Source: Mantamonas sphyraenae STR306 (taxonomy: Eukaryota; Protista; CRuMs). Taken from it: a stretch of DNA of 64,000 nucleotides. The notes under the pieces are model-generated. The model saw only the letters and a list, made by a program, of their open reading frames with translations, searched no databases and was not told where the DNA came from. The translations under genes were made by a program, and so were the position numbers. Shown here piece by piece: positions 9,623 through 21,600 of this stretch (positions within the stretch are counted from its first letter, which is position 1; every line of letters starts with the position of its first letter). Where the stretch lies: assembly GCA_026936335.1 (NCBI GenBank), contig JAPMXV010000054.1, positions 310,001 through 374,000 of the forward strand, in the 5' to 3' direction.

Positions 9623-11883
9623 TCACTTTCCCAGCAACGGCTGCGTCGGATCCTCCTCTTCTTCATCGTGAGGGCCCGACTCTTCGCTCCTGGTGCCCGT
9701 GGTCCCACTGTGCAACTCATCGCTGTTGCTGGAGCTCACCACCACCACCACGTTTTCCATCTGCGTGCTGGACCCACTCAAGGCCGAGCTGTTGCCCATG
9801 CCACCACTGCTTGCGCCGTCAGCCCTGCCACTGCCACGCCCAAGGTCCACGTACACGCTGTCCAGCGGTGTGTCCGGCGGCACCCCTCCCATGTCCACAA
9901 TCATGGCGTCCAACGCCTGCACACACTGCTCAAACTCGGGCCGTGCCGTGGGCTCTGTGTGCCAGCACGCGCGACACAGGTCGATAAACGCCTGCGGGAA
10001 GCCCTTGGCCAGGATTTGTGTGTCGCGCAGCTTCGGCCTCAGCCTGTTCTGCACCACCCCCATGATGATTTGTGGCTGGTTCAGCCCGTGGTACAATGGC
10101 TTGCGTGTCATAATTTCCCACAGGATGATGCCAAACGAGTACACGTCTGCCCGGTGGTCGTATCGGTTGTGTGCCAACAGTTCCGGTGCAGCCCACGCCG
10201 CAGTGCCGACAAATGTCATTGTCTTGTCGTCCTCCTTGAAGCGAGCCAGCCCAAAGTCGCCCACCTTGACCGTGTAGTCCTGCGCCACAAGCAGGTTCAA
10301 CGACTTGAGGTCCCTGTGAATGATCTTGGGTTGCCTCGAGTGCAGGTACGCCATGCCGGCTGCACAGTCCCGCGCCATGCGTACGCACAGCATCGGGTCC
10401 AGTGTTTCCCCCTTGTCGTGCAGCACTCGGAAGAGCGAGCCCCTGTGCATGTACTCCGTAACCATTGCCAGCTGCGGCGGCTCGATGCATCCGCCCAGAA
10501 ACTGGCAGATGTTGGGATGGTGCAGTTGCTTCATCATCACCAATTCCTTCTTGAATGCTTCCAGCTCCTCCATGCTCATTGTGTCCGACTTCAGAAACAG
10601 CTTCTTCACAGCCACCTCCTGTCCATTGTTCCAGTAGCCATGGAACACTTCCCCTGCCCCTCCCTGGCCGATTTTGCGTCCCACGTTGAGCTCCGAGTAC
10701 GCAATCTGAAACTCCTGGCTCACCACTCCCTCCAGATCCTTCTTCAGCAGCGGATTCATCAGGCCCGCGTGCAGCAACGACTGCGTCTCCCCGTCCGTGC
10801 CTCCGCCACACCACGCACACAACGAACCACAGAACGACGCTGTCGTGTGAATGCCGATGTTGCGCCAGTGCTGCGAGTCCTTGCGCACGCAGTGGAACAG
10901 TACCAGCGGGTACAGGCCAAAGTAGATAGTGAACACCACCGCAAAGAAGCATGTGGCAGGCGCTGAACTGCCCGACAGGATAAAGATGCACGTGAGCACA
11001 GAGAATACGTTGCCTGCCAACAGCAGCCACAGCAGAGGCATGATCGCCCGTCGCGCCCGCATCATGGTCGGCCCGTTCGGCGCATATTGGTAATACAGGA
11101 AGATGGCGTACAGCACACCAAAGGCACCGTAGTGAGCTAGTCCCAACTGAGCCCAGTGATCCGAAAACAGCTCGTGCACCTGGAAATGGAACCCAAAGAT
11201 CAAAAGGCACTTGGGCAGGTAGTCAATCGCGATAATGATGCTGCTGATCGTCACTGAGATGCGGTACGACCGCGGCGAGATCTCCTGTGTGATGATTGTG
11301 TGTCATGCGTGCATGTTAGCTGTGTCCCTGTCCTCGTAGCCGGCTTCTGCGCTGCTGCAGACGACGAAAAATCCGCGGGAACTGTGCGGCGACTCGCGTG
11401 GACATGCGCGGCTGGGCGCCGTCCATAGGCCACTGCCATGCCACGCACATGCACGCTGTGGAATCGTCCTTGGCGGTTCCGCTTCCCATCGCCTGGTCCT
11501 TGCACACGTACCCTTTGGAACAAGAACAGGAGAATGACCACCTCCATGAACTGGAAGAGCTCGTCCACGGAGACGTAGAGCCAGGTCATCAGCGTTTCAC
11601 TCGCCCCTAGCCGTGCCACAGCTGGTACCAGCAGGGACAGAAGGCAGAATGCACACAGCCACTGCAGGGCACCGTGGTAGAACGGCAGCAGCACTGTCGA
11701 GATGTCCAGCATCCCTGCCAGCGCCGCCTTGTGTTGCCGGTTGGTGTAGATGACCATCGCTGCAAAGAACGTCAGCGTGAACATCCACATGATCACCATA
11801 AAGTACGACACCGACCCCCCGGCTGATATGGGCTGGAAAAACACACCACACCCGTCTGTGTAGTCTATGTTGAGGTGTGTCAT
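9623..11883 (-). CDS. Seven-transmembrane domain fused to a tyrosine-kinase-like (TKL) protein kinase (~677 aa)
   Basis: Exons 11883-11512 and 11284-9623; the GTACGT...CAG intron is phase 0 and joins in frame. Seven hydrophobic helices precede kinase motifs GQGGAGEV, VAVK, HRDLKSLN, DFG and GTAAWAAPE. Confidence 0.88.
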
Positions 11884-12101
11884 GTCAATGCCGGTTCGTT
11901 TTGCCACGACTTGCGCTTCTCGGGATCCCCGCTCTCGTCCACCTCCCCTGTACCTTTGTCTGACTTTGTGCCTTTCTGTCTGTGTGTGTGTGGCTATGTG
12001 ACAGAGTCTACTCTGGCGTGGATGCATTTCCAGCGCACCCTCATCTGCTCCTGTCACGCAGCTGCCCTGCTCCACCCAACGCCGCCTCCACTCGCTCCCC
12101 A

Positions 12102-13668
12102 ATGAGTACGCTGGACGGAACCCCTGCCGAATCTGGCCAGGGCGACGACATTGCCCTCGGCTATCGTGCTCCCTGTCTTTGGTCGCACGACCAGCAGTAC
12201 CGTATGTGCAGTGGCATGGAAGCCATGTCTCATCGCCTTTGGACCCCCCCTCCCAAACCCAGCACCTCACACGCCCGTGTGCCTGACACTCGACCTCACC
12301 CGCCTTTCCCACTCGTCTCCTGCTGCAGACATGGCCGAAGTCATCGACACCCGCCAGGGAGACACAGAAACAGAGTACTACGTGCACTACGACGGCTGTA
12401 CGTGCACTCCATGCCACCACTTTCCGCGCGGAAACGCTGACCCTTGACTTCCCCTTTTTGCCTGCTGCGTTGTGTTGATCCCCCCCACCCCGGCCTTACC
12501 GTCCTCCTCCAAATCCCCGCACACAGTCAACAAACGCCTCGATGAGTGGGTGACCGCAGACCGCCTGGACAAGAGCAAGGAGCCTGTGGCCGCGTCGTCG
12601 AGCAGCGACGGCGACGGCAACAGCGCCAGCAAGACACGTCACCAGAAGCGCAAGCACGACCAGATGCACCACGTACAAAAGAGCCTGGACGAAATGACAC
12701 CCACCATGCGTGCACTGGAGAAGGAGCACGACGAGGCCACCAAAGTCAAGAACATCGAGCGCGTGCACCTCGGCAAGTACGAGATCGAGACCTGGTATTT
12801 CTCCCCTTTCCCAGAAGACTTTGCCAAATGCCGCTGCCTGTACTTTTGCGAGTTCTGTCTCCGGTACATGCGCAGCACCACTTCCTTGGCTCGCCACCGC
12901 CAAAAGTGCTCTCTCCGTTGCCCGCCGGGCCCGGAAATCTATCGCAAGGACCAATACTCCTTCTTTGAAGTCGACGGCAAGAAGCAGAAGATTTACTGCC
13001 AAAACTTGTGTCTCCTGGCCAAAATGTTTCTTGACCACAAGACACTGTACTACGACGTGGAGCCTTTCCTCTTTTACATTCTCTGCGAGTGCGACTCGCG
13101 CGGCTGCCACATCGTCGGCTACTTCAGCAAGGAGAAGGAGAGCGTCGACGAGTACAATCTCGCCTGCATTTTGACCCTTCCTCCCTACCAGCGCAAGGGA
13201 TTCGGCAAAATGCTCATCAGCATGAGCTACGAGCTCAGCAAGAAGGAAGGCAAGGTCGGCAGCCCCGAGAAGCCCCTCAGTGACCTGGGGCTCCTTTCCT
13301 ACCGTAGCTACTGGACTGTCGTCATCCTTGATCTCCTCAAAAAGCAACAGGGCGCCCTTAGTATCAAAGAAATCAGCCTCCTCACTAGCATGTGCGTTTC
13401 ATCGCGCGCAGCCCACGTTTCCCGCACTCCCCGCACTCCCGCACTCACACCCACGCGACGCATGCTTCATGCTTCCCACAGCAAAACAGAAGACATCATC
13501 TCCACCATGCAGTCCTTGGGCCTTCTCCGCTTTGTCAAAGGCGCACACTTTATTTCTGTGTCCACCAAGCAGCTCGAGAGCTTCAACAAGGGGTCCCAAT
13601 CTCGCTTTGTGGACCCAAAGGCCATCGACTGGACCCCGCACGTGTGGACAGCAGTGAAACGCCGATGA
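12102..13668 (+). CDS. MYST-family histone acetyltransferase with Tudor-knot chromodomain (KAT8/MOF/Tip60 group), ~406 aa
   Basis: Exons 12102-12201, 12329-12397, 12527-13391 and 13482-13668 splice in frame. Motifs YYVHYDGFNKRLDEWV, C2HC finger (FCEFC...H...C), QNLCLLAKMFLDHKTLYYDVEPF, QRKGFG and SPEKPLSDLG. Confidence 0.93.
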
Positions 13669-13675
13669 AATTTCA

Positions 13676-14962
13676 TCATCCGGTAGTATATTCCAGAACC
13701 ACTTGCACAGCCTCCTCTTGCCTTGTGCGCAACATGTCATAGGCCTCACCTGCCTGTGACACAGCCACACGGTGACTGATCAGCTTGCTCGGCTGACACA
13801 CAGCAAGCAACTCCCACACCGTTTGCAGCCGCCTCTTCTTTGTCCATCGACCCATCATCTCCCCCGGAATCTCGCTCACCTGTGCCGCGCAAAGGTGCAT
13901 GTGACTCCTGTGGAATTTGGCCCCAAGGTGGAGCGGTACCGTGTTTTCACCGTAAAACGACCCAATGACCACCCGTCCGTGCTTTCCTGTGCACCGCAAC
14001 GCATTGTCCAGCGCCTTACTGTTTCCACTCACCTCGAACGTGAGATCGGCCCCACACGCATGCGCTTCTTCCTCTCCTTGAAGACACTGCAGCACCTCCT
14101 TCACACACCCGTCCTTGTCCACCCCCACACTGTGCGTCGCCCCCAGATTCAGAGAGTATTGTCGCCTTTGCTCGATTCCATCCACTGTCACCAGCGACGT
14201 CAGATGGAACCGCGTCAGCAGGTCTGTCAGAAGCAGACCAATGATCCCCTGCCCAAACACGGCCACCTGCTCTCCCATCTGCGGCCGGCCCTTGTGCACA
14301 AGGCACAACGCTGTTTCCATGTTGGCCAGAAACACAGCGTCGTCGTCTTCCACCCCATCTGGCACCACCTGCAACGCTTCTGCGCACGCCACAAAGTGCG
14401 ATTCGTGCGGGTGGAACGCAAACACTCGTGTGCCCGTCCTCATCTTGCTCACTCCTTTGCCCACAGCCACGACAACGCCCACCACACAGTATCCGTACTG
14501 CACGGGGAATTCCAGACCATCCTCCGTCTGCAGTGCCTCGATGTTCTCCTCTGCGCACAGCTTTCCCGCCTCCCCAAGAAACACCTTCATCTCTGTCCCC
14601 GAGCTGATTGCACTCACTGTCGTTTCCACAAGCACCTTCCCACGACCCACTTTCAGCTTCACGCGCTCTTCCACCACCTCCACCTTCCCGGCCTCTGCAA
14701 ACCACACGCTCTTTCGCTCCACCTCAACCACCTGCACCTCTTCGCCTTCCACATCCCGCCGCTGCCGTTTTGCATCTGCGAATTTCGTCACACGTGCAAT
14801 AGGTTCCGTGCCCCATTGTCGCTGGCCAGTGTCAGCGTCACGCCACATGTCACATGCCATTCCCCAACCCCTTCTTTGCCTCCCCACCCTCCCATTCCTC
14901 GCCGCATCCACTCGCCAAACACACCTCCTGCCTCCACTTCCTCCTCTTCCACCCCGTGGCAT
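13676..14962 (-). CDS. Medium-chain dehydrogenase/reductase (zinc-binding ADH-like superfamily)
   Basis: Motifs SAISSGTE, FPVQYGYCVVG, AFHPHESHF, FLANMETAL, NAD-binding VFGQGIIG, FEVSG and FHRSHM...SQV-like. The start may lie downstream of 14962. Confidence 0.82.
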   Translation of the reverse strand: MPRGGRGGSGGRRCVWRVDAARNGRVGRQRRGWGMACDMWRDADTGQRQWGTEPIARVTKFADAKRQRRDVEGEEVQVVEVERKSVWFAEAGKVEVVEERVKLKVGRGKVLVETTVSAISSGTEMKVFLGEAGKLCAEENIEALQTEDGLEFPVQYGYCVVGVVVAVGKGVSKMRTGTRVFAFHPHESHFVACAEALQVVPDGVEDDDAVFLANMETALCLVHKGRPQMGEQVAVFGQGIIGLLLTDLLTRFHLTSLVTVDGIEQRRQYSLNLGATHSVGVDKDGCVKEVLQCLQGEEEAHACGADLTFEVSGNSKALDNALRCTGKHGRVVIGSFYGENTVPLHLGAKFHRSHMHLCAAQVSEIPGEMMGRWTKKRRLQTVWELLAVCQPSKLISHRVAVSQAGEAYDMLRTRQEEAVQVVLEYTTG

Positions 14963-15176
14963 TCATCCTCCTCCCTCTCTTCATCTTCTCGACGCCGTTT
15001 CGACCCTCCGAAACTCCCCGCCCTCGTGTCCGCCTCCGCATCCCCTTCCTGCTCTTCCTGCCCTCCTGTCGTCTCCTTTGCGTCCATTCCGCTCTCTTCC
15101 TCACGTTGTTCCTCTCTGCTCATCCTTCTTCTTGTCTCCTTCCCTGCGTTGGCTGCGCCAGGGGAAAACTACGGAC

Positions 15177-16327
<1,151 letters not shown>

Positions 16328-16525
16328 TGTCTTTCAACAACAACAACAACATCATCATCATTCATCTCCAGCCTCCTGCTCTTTCTTTTGTCCTCACCTG
16401 CCTGTGTGTGCTTGCCATCACACACCAGTCTTGTCCCCCTGCTCCCGTCCCCTCTCTTTTCCCATCCCCCAAATGTCTGTCTGTCTCGGTTTCCATCCCA
16501 CCTGGAGCCAACCGAATCCCGAAGA

Positions 16526-18567
16526 ATGTTTGCTCGCAAGACCTCCCAGCTGGCAACCAAGGCCACGCCTGCTGCCTTCCAAGTCGCCCGCAGCACCCTT
16601 TCCACCTCTGCCCTTGCGGCTTCCGAAGACAATGAACGCGACCCGCGTCTTGACGAGGAGCGCTTCGGCGAGGACTACGACGTGGTCGTTGTCGGAGGCG
16701 GGCCGTCGGGCCTTGCCACCGCCATCCGCTTCAAGCAGCTCTGCGAGAGCAGGGGCAAGGACTACAACCTCGTCCTCGTCGAAAAGGGTGCCGAGATCGG
16801 TATGTTGTCCTCTCCCTTGGCCCTGTCCCACACATACCTCCTGCCCCATCGTGCAATCTCGTTTCGGAGTGCTCGCTCGCCGAATTTTCCCCTCCGCCCA
16901 AACTTCCCGGCTTCCTGTTCTTGTTCTTGCTTTGCCTCTGCCCCGCCCCCCAGTGTCCCCTGTTCCTCCCGTGTGGCCCTGACACCTTCTCTCTCGCTCA
17001 TGACCCCATCCATTCCATGTCCGTTTCGCCCTGCTTCCCTGCAGGCGCTCATATCCTCTCCGGCGCTTGCATCGAAACTCGCGCTCTCGACGAACTGATT
17101 CCGGACTGGCAGGACCGCGGCGCGCCCTTGCACACCAAGGGCCAGGTCGACAAGTTCACCTGGATGCTCAGCGAGACCACAGCTGTGCCTCTGCCCGTTC
17201 CGCCCCAAATGCACAACGAGGACAACTACATCGTCTCTCTGGGCAACGTTTGCCGCTGGCTTGGCGACCAGGCCGAAGCCCTCGGCGTCGACATCTTTCC
17301 GGGCATTGCCGCCTCCGAGGTCCTCTACAAGGATGGCTACGTCAACGGTGTCGCCACCAACGACGTCGGCATCGACAAGGCCGGCAAGCCCAAGCCCACC
17401 TTTGAGCGAGGCATGGAGCTGCGTGCAAAGATGACCGTCTTTAGCGAAGGCTGCCGCGGCCACCTCACAAAAACCCTTTGGGACAAGTACGACCTCCGCA
17501 AGAATGCCCAGCCCCAAACCTACGGCATTGGCATCAAGGAGCTCTGGGAAATCGACCCGGAGAAGCACCGCCCGGGCTACATCGAACACACCGTCGGCTG
17601 GCCCCTCGACTTTTCCACCTATGGCGGCTCCTGGATGTATCACTACGACGAGAACCTCGTCTCCATCGGCTTTGTCATTGGTCTCGACTACAAGAACCCC
17701 TACCTCAACCCTTACCGCGAATTCCAGCGCTTCAAGCACCATCCGCAGATCAAAAAGCACCTCGAGGGCGGTCGTGTCATCTCCTACGGTGCTCGCGCCA
17801 TCTCCGAGGGTGGTCTCCAATCCATCCCCCAGGTTGCATTCCCCGGGGGTGTCCTCACAGGCGACACTGCGGGCTTCCTCAACACACCCAAGATCAAGGG
17901 CACCCACAACGCCATGAAGAGCGGCATCCTCGCCGCAGAGGCCATCTTTGATGCCCTCGAAAAGGCCGAGCAGACCGGCTCCGAGCAGCTTATGGCAGAT
18001 ACCTACCAGGAACGACTCCAGAGCTCCTGGCTGTGGGAAGACCTCTCCCAGGCCCGCAACATCCGTCCAGCGTTCCAGTACGGCTTCTTTGCAGGCATCG
18101 GCTATTCTGCCATCGACACCTATCTCCTGCGTGGCAAGGCTCCGTGGACTCTCTCGTACAATCATTGGGACAATGAGGCCACCGAAGAGGCCAGCAAGCA
18201 CACGCCCATCGAGTACCCCAAGCCTGACGGCAAGATCAGCTTCGACCTTCTCACCAATCTCACCCGCAGTGGCACCAACCACGACCACGACCAGCCTGCT
18301 CACCTCACCCTCAAGGACCAGGACGTTCCGGTCAACATCAACTACAAGAAGTATGCCGGCCTCGAAAACCGTTTCTGCCCGGCTGGCGTCTACGAGTATG
18401 TGCCCAAGGACGGCGCGCCCGAGAACCCGGGTCCCGAGCACATGCGTCTCCAGATCAATGCCCAGAACTGCGTCCACTGCAAGACCTGCGATATCAAGGA
18501 CCCCACACAGAACATCAACTGGGTCAACCCGCAGGGTGGCGAGGGCCCAGCCTACGGCTCTATGTGA
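16526..18567 (+). CDS. ETFDH: Electron transfer flavoprotein-ubiquinone oxidoreductase, mitochondrial (~598 aa)
   Basis: Exons 16526-16799 and 17045-18567. Transit-peptide-like N-terminus, DVVVVGGGPSG, EKGAEIGAHILSGA, KIKGTHNAMKSG, FCPAGVYE, and 4Fe-4S motif NCVHCKTCDIKDP. Confidence 0.96.
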
Positions 18568-18630
18568 GCATCTCGAATGCACATTGCGGTTCATTTGATT
18601 CTTTTCCCAATGTCCACTCAATTGCGCTTA

Positions 18631-21600
18631 TTATTGACGCGTCACGCGTCCTCCTTGCGTCAGCAGTGGCGAGTCGATTTCCTCCTCCTCTTCCTCACTG
18701 TCCTCCTCTTCGTCCAGCTGCTTCTTTTGCTGTTTCTTCTTCTTCTTGCGCTTCTCCTCCTTCTTTGCGCGGCGTCTTGCCTCCTCCTCCTCCTCCAATT
18801 CTTCTGCGCTCTTGCCTGCCTTGGCCGCTTCCTCCCGCGCCGCCTCTGCCGCCGCTCGCACCACATCCATCATGTTGGCCTTGCCCTGTGCCTGCTTGCG
18901 GCGCAGCTTCTCTCGCAGTGCGCCTGGGCTGTCCATCTTGGGGCTTGGGCTGGCGCTCTTGGATCCCGTTGCAGCAACTTCGCCTGATGCCACCTTGGCC
19001 CTCAGCGCCGCCCATCCCTTGCCTCCCGCGGGTTTCTTCTCCTTGCCTTCTTCCTCTTCGTCGTCGTCGCCGTACTCCAGTCGTCGGAAGGATGGCATAA
19101 ACAGCTCCACCAGCACGGGGTTGAGCAGCGCCATCGCCTGATCTCCTTTCTCTTCCGCATCTTCCTCCAGCTTCTCCAACTTCTCCAGCATCTCGCTCAG
19201 CAGCGTGAAATCCACCTCGACGTACTCGTCCGCATCGTCGTCAAAGTACTCCAAAGCCACCTCGTTCACCTGCTCCAGCACCTCTTCTGCTTCAAGGAAC
19301 TCCTTCTCCGCTTCCACGGCCTGCACACGCTCCCACAGTCCGCACACATTGTCTGGGTATCGTTTGCGCAGTACATCCTTGGAAATCTGCTCAAACACAG
19401 CCATGCGTCGCTTGCCGCCCGTCAGCGCAAGGCCAAACTTGTCCTTCAGGGTCAGGCCGCCTGCGCCCGTGGACGAACGGCGTCGCAGCTTCTCCATGGT
19501 CTTTTTCTTCTTCTCCTCGTTCTCTTGCAGACGCTTGAGCACAACTTCGTCCTTTTCCTCCAGCGTGTCGGTGTCAAACTCGTTCAGGCTCATGGGTTTG
19601 ATCACAGTTGCTCCGCGCAAGCGCGATGCGCCTCCCGGTGCGTTCAGCGACGCTGCAATCTCTTCCAACTCCTTGGCACGCTCGCGCGTGGCCTTTTCGT
19701 GTTCGTCCTTCTGTTCCAATTCCTTGTTGTAGTACTTGCTGATGTCCATGCCCTCGTCAATGACCTTTTTCAGATCAAAGGCGCTGTCCTGCTTCTCTAG
19801 TTGCGCCTCGCTGACCAGCGCCGTCGGTGCTTCCAGTCCCTCCTTGTCTTTCTTGTCCTCTTTGGCAAAGTCCAGCCCTGTGCCCAGCACAGCTGCAGCC
19901 ACCGCGTCGAAGCGGCCTGCCGCACGGTTCTGGTTGGCCGAGCCCTTGGACATGCTGTAGCGTCCTTTGCGCGATGCCACATACTTTTCCCACTTGCTGA
20001 TGCCCCACAGGTAGAACAACAGCGCGACAAACATCAGTGAGAGGGCGAAGTTGAGCACAAACAGGCCCACGGTGAGCGCCGTCTTTTCGTCCTCTGTCGC
20101 CTCGTTGCTGAAGAACATCATGCCTGCCATCAGTGTCATGCATGTCACGAGCAAGGTGTACGTTTCCAGGCGCGTGTGCAGCGGATGCTTGAACGGACGC
20201 GCGTACAGGTGGAGAATCAGACCCGAGAGGATGATCCACAGGCCGAGATAGATCTGTGTAAGCGGTTCGTCCTTGAAGAAGATCACCACCAGAACAATGA
20301 TGATCTTGCGGATGAGAACGACCAGCTCCCACCAGTAGCGCTTGCCTACGTAGCCGTGAGTGAGCAAGTCGATCTTGGGGAAGATCTTTGGATTCTTCTT
20401 GCTCTTCCACAGAAGGTAGCCAAAGAATGCAGGGAAGCCGACGAGGTAAATGATGACGGCTATGATGGCCAACACACGCCACGCTTGGTACTCTGGGTCG
20501 TGGCATGAGATGCTGAGGTCCTCCTGCAGCAGCAGGATGTTCTTTGTCTCGTCGTACAGCTTGCAGTTGAAGAAGGTCAACACGTTGTTGGTGATCACGG
20601 GGAACACGATAAAGATGCCGGCCACAGAAACGCGAATACAAAAGGTGTTGAAGTCAAAGAGCCACTTGGAGGTGATCTTGCCCGTGACCTTCTTGGCGAC
20701 CCAGGCGCAGCCGTACACAATCAGGGGGACCATCACGCACACAATGGGCACCAACGTGTACGACACAAACTTGTCGTAGTAGGTCCACTTGGTGGTGCAG
20801 TCCAGTGGCTGCTGGAACAGTCCAAAGTTGGTGATACCGCTGATCTGGAAGACTGTGGACATGAGGCCGCTCCAGCGCATGCGGAAGTCACCGATGAACG
20901 CCAGCACCTGCATGTAGTTGAGCAGGATCTTCTTGATGATGGCACGGATACTCTTGCGCTTGCCCTGGCCACGTCGTGCCAGCGAGATGATGATGTAGAT
21001 GAGCGCCAGGAGGGTGCCCACCACGTACAGCCAGCTCACCGCCTCGGCGTCACATTTGTGGCAAGTTGTTCCGCGCTTGCCGTATCCTGGGTCACACAGT
21101 GAGCAAAGTGGACCGTGGTAGCCCTCTGCACAGGTGGAGTTGCCTCCACCCAGGCAGGCGTCCGGATTGGGGCAGCGAACAAACTTGGCTTCGGCCAGAT
21201 TGAAGCTGAAGTAGCCCGTGCCGGTTGTGTAGCCGCCATCCTTGCTCTGGCTGCACACGCCACCAGGAGGGCAAATCTGGCAGTCGCCATTGGTAAAGGC
21301 GTTTTCGTAGTAGCCCTCGGAACACAGACACTGGCTGGCGTTGGTTGCCCCGAGGATGCCGTTGGTGTCCCTGTAGGCACGGCAAGGCTCACACTTATCC
21401 TGGCCCGGTTTGGGTTGGTAGCCAAACTGGTCGCAGGCAAGGCAAGGCGAGCCTGGAGTGATGGAATAGTGACCTGGCGAGCAGAAACACGAGTCTTTGG
21501 TGCCGGTGGGCTCGGAGTTGGGTCGGTACTCGGGGCATGTGATGAAGGTCAGGGCCTTGGGCAGCACGAGCGGAGTCAACTGCGCGTCGTTGCTGATCAC

